Shown here: one piece after another, positions 12,001 to 24,000 of the stretch | Position numbering within the stretch: position 1 is the stretch's first letter | How the letters are laid out: each line of letters begins with the position of its first letter | Made by a program: the position numbers and the translations under genes | Origin: Centroscyllium fabricii | Taxonomy: Eukaryota | Direction of reading: 5' to 3' | DNA length: 64,000 nucleotides | NCBI GenBank assembly: GCA_051313645.2 | Contig: JBNRSN020000012.1 | Location: 2,604,001 to 2,668,000, forward strand | Notes under the pieces: generated by a model | Seen by the model: only the letters and a program-made list of their open reading frames with translations | What the model was told of the DNA's origin: nothing | Databases searched by the model: none

Positions 12001-15000
12001 AAGAGTGAGAGTGTGGGAGGAGCTCAGTGAAGAGTGAGAGTGTGGGAGGAGCTCAGTGAAGAGTGAGAGTGTGGGAGGAGCTCAGTGAAGAGTGAGATTG
12101 TGGGAGGGACTGAGTGAAGAGTGAGGGTGTGGGAGGAGCTCAGTGAAGAGTGAGAGTGTGGGAGGAGCTCAGTGAAGAGTGAGAGTGTGGGAGGAGCTCA
12201 GTGAAGAGTGAGAGTGTGGGAGGAGCTCAGTGAAGAGTGAGAGTGTGGGAGGAGCTCAGTGAAGAGTGAGAGTGTGGGAGGGGCTGAGTGAAGTGTGAGA
12301 GTGTGGGAGGGGCTGAGTGAAGAGTGAGAGTGTGGGAGGAGCTCAGTGAAGAGTGAGCGTGTGGGAGGGACTGAGTGAAGAGTGAGAGTGTGGGAGGGAC
12401 TGAGGGAAGAGTGAGAGTGTGGGAGGAGCTCAGTGAAGAGTGAGCGTGTGGGAGGAGCTCAGTGAAGAGTGAGAGTGTGGGAGGGACTGAGTGAAGAGTG
12501 AGAGTGTGGGAGGGCCTCAGTGAAGAGTGAGAGTGTGGGAGGGACTGAGTGAAGAGTGAGAGTGCGGGAGGAGCTCAGTGAAGAGTGAGAGTGTGGGAGG
12601 GACTGAGTGAAGAGTGAGAGTGTGGGAGGAGCTCAGTGAAGAGTGAGAGTGTGGGAGGAGCAGAGTGAAGAGTGAGAGTGCGGGAGGGACTGAGTGAAGA
12701 GTGAGAGTGTGGGAGGAGCTCAGTGAATGGTTAGAGGGGGGACTCAGTGAAGAGTGAGAGTGTGGGAGGGACTCAGTGAAGAGTGAGAGTGTGGGAGGAG
12801 CTCAGTGAAGAGTGAGAGTGTGGGAGGGACTGAGTGAAGAGTGAGAGTGTGGGAGGGACTCAGTGAAGAGTGAGAGTGTGGGAGGGACTGAGTGAAGAGT
12901 GAGAGTGCGGGAGGAGCTCAGTGAAGAGCGAGAGTGTGGGAGGGACTGAGTGAAGAGTGAGAGTGTGGGAGGAGCTCAGTGAAGAGTGAGAGTGTGGGAG
13001 GAGCAGAGTGAAGAGTGAGAGTGTGGGAGGGACTGAGTGAAGAGTGAGCGTGTGGGAGGATCTCAATGAAGAGTGAGAGTGTGGGAGGAGCTCAGTGAAG
13101 AGTGAGCGTGTGGGAGGGACTCCGTGAAGAGTGAGAGTGTGGGAGGAGCTCAGTGAAGAGTGAGAGTGTGGGAGGGACTGAGTGAAGAGTGAGAGTGTGG
13201 GACGAGCTCAGTGAAGAGTGAGAGTTTGGGAGGGACTCAGTGAAGAGTGAGAGTGTGGGGGGAGCTCAGTGAAGAGTGAGTGTGTGGGAGGAGCTCAGTG
13301 AAGAGTGAGAGTGTGGGAGGCACTCCGTGAAGAGTGAGGGTGTGGGAGGGACTGAGTGAAGAGTGAGTGTGTGGGAGGAGCTCAATGAAGAGTGAGAGTG
13401 TGGGAGGAGCTCATTGAAGAGTGAGCGTGTGGGAGGAGCTCAGTGAAGAGTGAGAGTGTGTGATGGACTGAGTGAAGAGTTAGAGTGTGGGAGGGACTGT
13501 GTGAAGAGTGAGAGTGGGGGAGGAGCACAGTGAAGAGTGAGAGTGTGGGAGGAGCTCAGTGAAGAGTGAGAGTGTGGGAGGGACTGAGTGAAGAGTGAGA
13601 GTGTGGGAGGGACTGAGTGAAGAGTGAGAGTGTGGGAGGAGCTCAGTGAATAGTGAGAGTGTGGGAGGCGCTCAGTGAATGGTGAGAGTGTGGGAGGAGC
13701 TCAGTGAAGAGTGAGAGCGTGGGAGGGACTGAGTGAAGAGTGAGAGTGTGGGAGGGACTGTGTGAAGAGTGAGAGTGTGGGAGGAGCTCAGTGAAGAGTG
13801 AGAGTGTGGGAGGAGCTCAGTGAAGAGTGAGAGTGTGGGAGGGACTGAGTGAAGAGTGAGAGTGTGGGAGGGACTGAGTGAAGAGTGAGAGTGTGGGAGG
13901 AGCTCAGTGAAGAGTGAGAGTGTTGGAGGGACTGAGTGAATAGTGAGAGTGTGGGAGGGACTCAGTGAAGAGTGAGAGTGTGAGAGGAGCTCAGTGAAGA
14001 GTGAGAGTGTAGGAGGAGCTCAGTGAAGTGTGAGAGTGTGGGAGGGACTGAGTGAAGAGTGAGAGTGTGGGAGGAGCTCAGTGAAGAGTGAGCGTGTGGG
14101 AGGGACTGAGTGAAGAGTGAGAGTGTGGGAGGGACTGAGTGAAGAGTGAGAGTGTGGGAGGAGCTCAGTGATGAGTGAGAGTGTGGGAGGAGCTCAGTGA
14201 AGGGTGAGAGTGTGGGAGGGACTCAGTGAAGAGTGAGAGTGTGGGAGGGACTGAGTGAAGAGTGAGAGTGTGGGAGGTGCTCAGTGAAGAGTGAGAGTGT
14301 GGGAGGAGCTCAGTGAAGAGTGAGAGTGTGGGAGGGACTGAATGAAGAGTGAGAGTGTGGGAGGAGCTCAGTGAAGAGTGAGAGTGTGGGAGGGACTGAG
14401 TGAAGAGTGAGAGTGTGGGAGGAGCTCAGTGAAGAGTGAGAGTGTGGGAGGAGCTCAGTGAAGAGTGAGAGTGTGGGAGGAGCGCAGTTAAGAGTGAGAG
14501 TGTGGGAGGGACTGAGTGAAGAGTGAGAGTGTGGGAGGAGCTCAGTGAAGAGTGAGAGTGTGGGAGGAGCTCAGTGAAGAGTGAGAGTGTGGGAGGGACT
14601 GAGTGAAGAGTGAGAGTGTGTGACGAGCTCAGTGAAGAGTGAGAGTTTGGGAGGGACTCAGTGAAGAGTGAATGTGTGGGGGAGCTCAGTGAAGAGTGAG
14701 TGTGTGGGAGGAGCTCAGTGAAGAGTGAGAGTGTGGGAGGCACTCCGTGAAGAGTGAGGGTGTGGGAGGGACTCAGTGAAGAGTGAGTGTGTGGGAGGAG
14801 CTCAATGAAGAGTGAGAGTGTGGGAGGAGCTCATTGAAGAGTGAGCGTGTGGGAGGAGCTCAGTGAAGAGTGAGAGTGTGTGAGGGACTGAGTGAAGAGT
14901 TAGAGTGTGGGAGGGACTGTGTGAAGAGTGAGAGTGGGGGAGGAGCTCAGTGAAGAGTGAGAGTGTGGGAGGAGCTCAGTGAAGAGTGAGAGTGTGGGAG

Positions 15001-18000
15001 GGACTGAGTGAAGAGTGAGAGTGTGGGAGGGACTGAGTGAAGAGTGAGAGTGTGGGAGGAGCTCAGTGAATAGTGAGAGTGTGGGAGGAGCTCAGTGAAT
15101 GGTGAGAGTGTGGGAGGAGCTCAGTGAAGAGTGAGAGCGTGGGAGGGACTGAGTGAAGAGTGAGAGTGTGGGAGGGACTGTGTGAAGAGTGAGAGTGTGG
15201 GAGGGACTGAGTGAAGAGTGAGAGTGCGGGAGGAGCTCAGTGAAGAGCGAGAGTGTGGGAGGGACTGAGTGAAGAGTGAGAGTGTGGGAGGAGCTCAGTG
15301 AAGAGTGAGTGTGGGAGGTACTGAGTGAAGAGTGAGAGTGTGGGAGGAGCTCAGTGAAGAGTGAGAGTGTGGGAGGAGCGCAGTGAAGAGTGAGAGTGTG
15401 GGAGGGACTGAGTGAAGAGTGAGAGTGTGGGAGGAGCTCAGTGAAGAGTGAGAGTGTGGGAGGGACTGAGTGAAGAGTGAGAGTGTGGGAGGAGCTCAGT
15501 GAAGAGTGAGCGTGTGGGAGGGACTGAGTGAAGAGTGAGAGTGCGGGAGGGACTGAGTGAAGAGTGCGAGTGTGGGAGGAGCTCAGTGAAGAGTGAGAGT
15601 GTGGGAGGAGCTCAGTGAAGAGTGAGCGTGTGGGAGGAGCTCAGTGAAGAGTGAGAGTGTGGGAGGGACTGAGTGAAGAGTGAGAGTGTGGGAGGGACTC
15701 AGTGAAGAGTGAGTGTGTGGGAGGGACTGAGTGAAGAGTGAGAGTGTGGGAGGATCTCAGTGAAGAGTGAGAGTGTGGGAGGAGCTCAGTGAAGAGTGAG
15801 CGTGTGGGAGGGACTCAGTGAAGAGTGAGAGTGTGGGAGGAGCTCAGTGAAGAGTGAGAGTGTGGGAGGGACTGAGTGAAGAGTGAGAGTGTGGGAGGGA
15901 CTCAGTGAAGAGTGAGAGTGTGGGAGGAGCTCAGTTAAGAGTGAGAGTGTGGGAGGGACTCAGTGAAGAGTGAGAGTGTGGGAGGAGCTCAGTTAAGAGT
16001 GAGAGTGTGGGAGGAGCTCAGTGAAGAGTGAGAGTGTGGGAGGAGCTCAGTGAAGAGTGAGAGTGTGGGAGGAGCTCAGTGAAGAGTGAGAGTGTGGGAG
16101 GGGCTGAGTGAAGAGTGAGAGTGTGGGAGCGGCTGAGTGAAGAGTGAGAGTGTGGGACGAGCTCAGTGAAGAGTGAGAGTGTGGGAGGGACTGAGTGAAG
16201 AGTGAGAGTGTGGGAGGGACTGAGTGAAGAGTGAGAGTGTGGGAGGAGCTCAGTGAAGAATGAGAGTGTGGGAGGGACTGAGTGAAGAGTGAGAGTGTGG
16301 GAGGGACTGAGTGAAGAGTGAGAGTGTGGGAGGAGCTCAGTGAAGAGTGAGCGTGTGGGAGGGACTGAGTGAAGAGTGAGAGTGTGGGAGGAGCTCAGTG
16401 AAGAGTGAGAGTGTGGGAGGAGCTCAGTGAAGAGTGAGAGTGTGGGAGGGACTGAGTGAAGAGTGAGAGTTTCGGAAGGACTCAGTGAAGAGTGAGAGTG
16501 TGGGAGGGACTGAGTGAAGAGTGAGAGTATGGGAGGAGCTCAGTGAAGAGTGAGAGTGTGGGAGGAGCTCAGTGAAGAGTGAGAGTGCGGGAGGGACTGA
16601 ATGAAGAGTGAGAGTGTGGGAGGAGCTCAGTGAAGAGTGAGAGTGTGGGAGGGACTGAGTGAAGAGTGAGAGTGAGGGTGGAGCTCAGTGAAGAGTGAGA
16701 GTGTGGGAGGAGCTCAGTGAAGAGTGAGAGTGTGGGAGGGACTGAGTGAAGAGTGAGAGTGTGGGAGGAGCTCAGTGAAGAGTGAGAGTGTGGGAGGAGC
16801 TCAGTGAAGTGTGAGAGTGTGGGAGGGACTGAGTGAAGAGTGAGAGTGTGGGAGGAGCTCAGTGAAGAGTGAGAGTGTGGGAGGGACTCAGTGAAGAGTG
16901 AGAGTGTGGGAGGAGCTCAGTGAAGAGTGAGCGTGTGGGAGGGAGTGAGTGAAGAGTGAGAGTGCGGGAGGGACTGAGTGAAGAGTGAGAGTGTGGGAGG
17001 AGCTCAGTGAAGAGTGAGAGTGTGGGAGGAGCTCCGTGAAGAGTGAGCGTGTGGGAGGAGCTCAGTGAAGAGTGAGAGTGTGGGAGGGACTGAGTGAAGA
17101 GTGAGAGTGTGGGAGGGACTCAGTGAAGAGTGAGAGTGTGGGAGGGACTGAGTGAAGAGTGAGAGTGTGGGAGGATCTCAGTGAAGAGTGAGAGTGTGGG
17201 AGGAGCTCAGTGAAGAGTGAGCGTGTGGGAGGGACTCAGTGAAGAGTGAGAGTGTGGGAGGCGCTCAGTGAAGAGTGAGAGTGTGGGAGGGACTCAGTGA
17301 AGAGTGAGAGTGTGGGGGGAGCTCAGTGAAGAGTGAGTGTGTGGGAGGAGCTCAGTGAAGAGTGAGAGTGTGGGAGGCACTCAGTGAAGAGTGAGGGTGT
17401 GGGAGGGACTCAGTGAAGAGTGAGTGTGTGGGAGGAGCTCAATGAAGAGTGAGAGTGTGGGAGGAGCTCATTGAAGAGTGAGCGTGTGGGAGGAGCTCAG
17501 TGAAGAGTGAGAGTGTGGGGGGAGCTCAGTGAAGAGTGAGTGTGTGGGAGGAGCTCAGTGAAGAGTGAGAGTGTGGGAGGCACTCAGTGAAGAGTGAGGG
17601 TGTGGGAGGGACTCTGTGAAGAGTGAGTGTGTGGGAGGAGCTCAGTGAAGAGTGAGAGTGTGGGAGGAGCTCAGTGAAGAGTGAGAGTGTGGGAGGGACT
17701 GAGTGAAGAGTGAGAGTGTGGGAGGAGCTCAGTGAAGAGTGAGAGTGTGGGAGGAGCTCAGTGAAGAGTGAGAGTGTGGGAGGAGCTCAGTGAAGAGTGA
17801 GAGTGTGTGAGGGACTGAGTGAAGAGTGAGAGTGTGGGAGGAGCTCAGTGAAGAGTGAGATTGTGGAAGGAGCTCAGTGAAGAGTGAGAGTGTGGGAGGA
17901 GCTCAGTGAAGAGTGAGAGTGTGGGAGGAGCTCAGTGAAGAGTGAGAGTGTGGGAGGGGCTGAGTGAAGAGTGAGAGTGTGGGAGGGGCTGAGTGAAGAG

Positions 18001-21000
18001 TGAGAGTGTGGGAGGAGCTCAGTGAAGAGTGAGCGTGTTGGAGTGACTCAGTGAAGAGTGAGAGTGTGGGAGGAGCTCCGTGAAGAGTGAGCGTGTGGGA
18101 GGAGCTCAGTGAAGAGTGAGAGTGTGGGAGGAGCTCAGTGAAGAGTGAGAGTGTGGGAGGAGCTCAGTGAAGAGTGAGAGAGTGGGAGGAGCTCAGTGAA
18201 GAGTGAGAGTGTGGGAGGAGCTCAGTGAAGAGTGAGCGTGTGGGAGGAGCTCAGTGAAGAGTGAGAGTGTGGGAGGAGCTCAGTGAAGAGTGAGAGTGTG
18301 GGAGGAGCTCAGTGAAGAGTCAGAGTGTGGGAGGGACTGAGTGAAGAGTGAGGGTGTGGGAGGAGCTCAGTGAAGAGTGAGAGTGTGGGAGGAGCTCAGT
18401 GAAGAGTGAGAGTGTGGGAGGAGCTCAGTGAAGAGTGAGAGTGTGGGAGGAGCTCAGTGAAGAGTGAGAGTGTGGGAGGAGCTCAGTGAAGAGTGAGAGT
18501 GTGGGAGGGGCTGAGTGAAGAGTGAGAGTGTGGGAGGGGCTGAGTGAAGAGTGAGAGTGTGGGAGGAGCTCAGTGAAGAGTGAGCGTGTGGGAGGAGCTC
18601 AGTGAAGAGTGAGAGTGTGGGAGGAGCTCAGTGAAGAGTGAGAGTGTGGGAGGGACTGAATATAGAGTGAGAGTGTGGGAGGAGCTCAGTGAAGAGTGAG
18701 AGTGTGGGAGGGACTGAGTGAAGAGTGAGCGTGTGGGAGTAGCTCAGTGAAGAGTGAGAGTGTGGGAGGAGCTCAGTGAAGAGTGAGAGTGTGGGAGGGA
18801 CTGAGTGAAGAGTGAGAGTGTGGGAGGAGCTCAGCGAAGAGTGAGAGTGTGGGAGGAGCTCAGTGAAGAGTGAGAGTGTGGGAGGGACTGAGTGAAGAGT
18901 GAGAGTGTGGGAGGAGCTCAGTGAAGAGTGAGAGTGTGGGAGGGACTGAGTGAAGAGTGAGAGTGTGGGAGGAGCTCAGTGAAGAGTGAGAGTGTGGGAG
19001 GGACTCAGTGAAGAGTGAGAGTGTGGGGGGAGCTCAGTGAAGAGTGAGTGTGTGGGAGGAGCTCAGTGAAGAGTGAGAGTGTGGGAGGCACTCAGTGAAG
19101 AGTGAGGGTGTGGGAGGGACTCAGTGAAGAGTGAGTGTGTGGGAGGAGCTCAATGAAGAGTGAGAGTGTGGGAGGAGCTCATTGAAGAGTGAGCGTGTGG
19201 GAGGACCTCAGTGAAGAGTGAGAGTGTGTGTGGGACTGAGTGAAGAGTGAGAGTGTGGGAGGAGCTCAGTGAAGAGTGAGAGTGTGGGAGGAGCTCAGTG
19301 AAGAGTGAGAGTGTGGGAGGAGCTCAGTGAAGAGTGAGAGTGTGGGAGGGACTGAGTGAAGAGTGAGAGTGTGGGAGGAGCTCAGTGAAGAGTGAGAGTG
19401 TGGGAGGAGCTCAGTGAAGAGTGAGAGTGTGGGAGGAGCTCAGTGAAGAGTGAGAGTGTGTGAGGGACTGAGTGAAGAGTGAGAGTGTGGGAGGAGCTCA
19501 GTGAAGAGTGAGAGTGTGGGAGGAGCTCAGTGAAGAGTGAGAGTGTGGGAGGAGCTCAGTGAAGAGTGAGAGTGTGGGAGGAGCTCAGTGAAGAGTGAGA
19601 GTGTGGGAGGGGCTGAGTGAAGAGTGAGAGTGTGGGAGGAGTTCAGTGAAGAGTGAGCGTGTTGCAGTGACTCAGTGAAGAATGAGAGTGTGGGAGGAGC
19701 TCCGTGAAGAGTGAGCGTGTGGGAGGAGCTCAGTGAAGAGTGAGAGTGTGGGAGGAGCTCAGTGAAGAGTGAGAGTGTGGGAGGAGCTCAGTGAAGAGTG
19801 AGAGTGTGGGAGGAGCTCAGTGAAGAGTGAGCGTGTGGGAGGAGCTCAGTGAAGAGTGAGAGTGTGGGAGGAGCTCAGTGAAGAGTGAGAGTGTGGGAGG
19901 AGCTCAGTGAAGAGTGAGAGTGTGGGAGGAGCTCAGTGAAGAGTGAGAGCGTGGGAGGGACTGAGTGAAGAGTGAGGGTGTGGGAGGAGCTCAGTGAAGA
20001 GTGAGAGTGTGGGAGGAGCTCAGTGAAGAGTGAGAGTGTGGGAGGAGCTCAGTGAAGAGTGAGAGTGTGGGAGGAGCTCAGTGAAGAGTGAGAGTGTGGG
20101 AGGAGCTCAGTGAAGAGTGAGAGTGTGGGAGGGGCTGAGTGAAGTGTGAGAGTGTGGGAGGGGCTGAGTGAAGAGTGAGTGTGTGGGAGGAGCTCAGTGA
20201 AGAGTGAGCGTGTGGGAGGGACTGAGTGAAGAGTGAGAGTGTGGGAGGGACTGAGTGAAGAGTGAGAGTGTGGGAGGAGCTCAGTGAAGAGTGAGCGTGT
20301 GGGAGGAGCTCAGTGAAGAGTGAGAGTGTGGGAGGGACTGAGTGAAGAGTGAGAGTGTGGGAGGACCTCAGTGAAGAGTGAGAGTGTGGGAGGGACTGAG
20401 TGAAGAGTGAGAGTGCGGGAGGAGCTCAGTGAAGAGTGAGAGTGTGGGAGGGACTGAGTGAAGAGTGAGAGTGTGGGAGGAGCTCAGTGAAGAGTGAGAG
20501 TGTGGGAGGAGCAGAGTGAAGAGTGAGAGTGTGGGAGGGACTGAGTGAAGAGTGAGAGTGTGGGAGGAGCTCAGTGAATGGTTAGAGGGGGGACTCAGTG
20601 AAGAGTGAGAGTGTGGGAGGGACTCAGTGAAGAGTGAGAGTGTGGGAGGAGCTCAGTGAAGCGTGAGAGTGTGGGAGGGACTGAGTGAAGAGTGAGAGTG
20701 TGGGAGGGACTCAGTGAAGAGTGAGAGTGTGGGAGGGACAGAGTGAAGAGTGAGAGTGCGGGAGGAGCTCAGTGAAGAGCGAGAGTTTGGGAGGGACTGA
20801 GTGAAGAGTGAGAGTGTGGGAGGAGCTCAGTGAAGAGTGAGAGTGTGGGAGGAGCAGAGTGAAGAGTGAGAGTGTGGGAGGGACTGAGTGAAGAGTGAGA
20901 GTGTGGGAGGATCTCAATGAAGAGTGAGAGTGTGGGAGGAGCTCAGTGAAGAGTGAGCGTGTGGGAGGGACTCTGTGAAGAGTGAGAGTGTGGGAGGAGC

Positions 21001-24000
21001 TCAGTGAAGAGTGAGAGTGTGGGAGGGACTGAGTGAAGAGTGAGAGTGTGGGGGGAGCTCAGTGAAGAGTGAGTGTGTGGGAGGAGCTCAGTGAAGAGTG
21101 AGAGTGTGGGAGGCACTCAGTGAAGAGTGAGGGTGTGGGAGGGACTCAGTGAAGAGTGAGTGTGTGGGAGGAGCTCAATGAAGAGTGAGAGTGTGGGAGG
21201 AGCTCATTGAAGAGTGAGCGTGTGGGAGGAGCTCAGTGAAGAGTGAGAGTGTGTGAGGGACTGAGTGAAGAGTGAGAGTGTGGGAGGGACTGTGTGAAGA
21301 GTGAGAGTGTGGGAGGAGCTCAGTGAAGAGTGAGAGTGTGGGAGGAGCTCAGTGAAGAGTGAGAGTGTGGGAAGGACTGAGTGAAGAGTGAGAGTGTGGG
21401 AGGGACTGAGTGAAGAGTGAGAGTGTGGGAGGAGCTCAGTGAATAGTGAGAGTGTGGGAGGAGCTCAGTGAATGGTGAGAGTGTGGGAGGAGCTCAGTGA
21501 AGAGTGAGAGCGTGGGAGGGACTGAGTGAAGAGTGAGAGTGTGGGAGGGACTGTGTGAAGAGTGAGAGTGTGGGAGGAGCTCAGTGAAGAGTGAGAGTGT
21601 GGGAGGAGCTCAGTGAAGAGTGAGAGTGTGGGAGGGACTGAGTGAAGAGTGAGAGTGTGGGAGGGACTGAGTGAAGAGTGAGAGTGTGGGAGGAGCTCAG
21701 TGAAGAGTGAGAGTGTTGGAGGGACTGAGTGAATAGTGAGAGTGTGGGAGGGACTCAGTGAAGAGTGAGAGTGTGAGAGGAGCTCAGTGAAGAGTGAGAG
21801 TGTAGGAGGAGCTCAGTGAAGTGTGAGAGTGTGGGAGGGACTGAGTGAAGAGTGAGGGAGGAACTCAGTGAAGAGTGAGCGTGTGGGAGGGACTGAGTGA
21901 AGAGTGAGAGTGTGGGAGGGACTGAGTGAAGAGTGAGAGTGTGGGAGGAGCTCAGTGAAGAGTGAGAGTGTGGGAGGAGCTCAGTGAAGGGTGAGAGTGT
22001 GGGAGGAGCTCAGTGAAGAGTGAGAGTGTGGGAGGGACTGAATGAAGAGTGAGAGTGTGGGAGGAGCTCAGTGAAGAGTGAGAGTGTGGGAGGGACTGAG
22101 TGAAGAGTGAGAGTGTGGGAGGAGCTCAGTGAAGAGTGAGAGTGTGGGAGGAGCTCAGTGAAGAGTGAGTGTGGGAGGTACTGAGTGAAGAGTGAGAGTG
22201 TGGGAGGAGCTCAGTGAAGAGTGAGAGTGTGGGAGGAGCTCAGTGAAGAGTGAGAGTGTGGGAGGGACTGAGTGAAGAGTGAGAGTGTGGGAGGAGCTCA
22301 GTGAAGAGTGAGAGTGTGGGAGGGACTCAGTGAAGAGTGAGAGTGTGGGAGGAGCTCAGTGAAGAGTGAGCGTGTGGGAGGGACTGAGTGAAGAGTGAGA
22401 GTGCGGGAGGGACTGAGTGAAGAGTGCGAGTGTGGGAGGAGCTCAGTGAAGAGTGAGAGTGTGGGAGGAGCTCAGTGAAGAGTGAGCGTGTGGGAGGAGC
22501 TCAGTGAAGAGTGAGAGTGTGGGAGGTACTGAGTGAAGAGTGAGAGTGTGGGAGGGACTCAGTGAAGAGTGAGTGTGTGGGAGGGACTGAGTGAAGAGTG
22601 AGAGTGTGGGAGGATCTCAGTGAAGAGTGAGAGTGTGGGAGGAGCTCAGTGAAGAGTGAGCGTGTGGGAGGCACTCAGTGAAGAGTGAGAGTGTGGGAGG
22701 AGCTCAGTGAAGAGTGAGAGTGTGGGAGGGACTGAGTGAAGAGTGAGAGTGTGGGAGGGACTCAGTGAAGAGTGAGAGTGTGGGAGGAGCTCAGTTAAGA
22801 GTGAGAGTGTGGGAGGGACTCAGTGAAGAGTGAGAGTGTGGGAGGAGCTCAGTGAAGAGTGAGCGTGTGGGAGGAGCTCAGTTAAGAGTGAGAGTGTGGG
22901 AGGAGCTCAGTGAAGAGTGAGAGTGTGGGAGGAGCTCAGTGAAGAGTGAGAGTGTAGGAGGAGCTCAGTGAAGAGTGAGAGTGTTGGAGGGGCTGAGTGA
23001 AGAGTGAGAGTGTGGGAGCGGCTGAGTGAAGAGTGAGAGTGTGGGACGAGCTCAGTGAAGAGTGAGAGTGTGGGAGGGACTGAGTGAAGAGTGAGAGTGT
23101 GGGAGGGACTGAGTGAAGAGTGAGAGTGTGGGAGGAGCTCAGTGAAGAATGAGAGTGTGGGAGGGACTGAGTGAAGAGTGAGAGTGTGGGAGGGACTGAG
23201 TGAAGAGTGAGAGTGTGGGAGGAGCTCAGTGAAGAGTGAGCGTGTGGGAGGGACTGAGTGAAGAGTGAGAGTGTGGGAGGAGCTCAGTGAAGAGTGAGAG
23301 TGTGGGAGGAGCTCAGTGAAGAGTGAGAGTGTGGGAGGGACTGAGTGAAGAGTGAGAGTGTGGGAAGGACTCAGTGAAGAGTGAGAGTGTGGGAGGGACT
23401 GAGTGAAGAGTGAGAGTATGGGAGGAGCTCAGTGAAGAGTGAGAGTGTGGGAGGAGCTCAGTGAAGAGTGAGAGTGTGGGAGGGACTGAATGAAGAGTGA
23501 GAGTGTGGGAGGAGCTCAGTGAAGAGTGAGAGTGTGGGAGGGACTGAGTGAAGAGTGAGAGTGAGGGTGGAGCTCAGTGAAGAGTGAGAGTGTGGGAGGA
23601 GCTCAGTGAAGAGTGAGAGTGTGGGAGGGACTGAGTGAAGAGTGAGAGTGTGGGAGGAGCTCAGTGAAGAGTGAGAGTGTGGGAGGAGCTCAGTGAAGTG
23701 TGAGAGTGTGGGAGGGACTGAGTGAAGAGTGAGAGTGTGGGAGGAGCTCAGTGAAGAGTGAGAGTGTGGGAGGGACTCAGTGAAGAGTGAGAGTGTGGGA
23801 GGAGCTCAGTGAAGGGTGAGCGTGTGGGAGGGACTGAGTGAAGAGTGAGAGTGCGGGAGGGACTGAGTGAAGAGTGAGAGTGTGGGAGGAGCTCAGTGAA
23901 GAGTGAGAGTGTGGGAGGAGCTCCGTGAAGAGTGAGCGTGTGGGAGGAGCTCAGTGAAGAGTGAGAGTGTGGGAGGGACTGAGTGAAGAGTGAGAGTGTG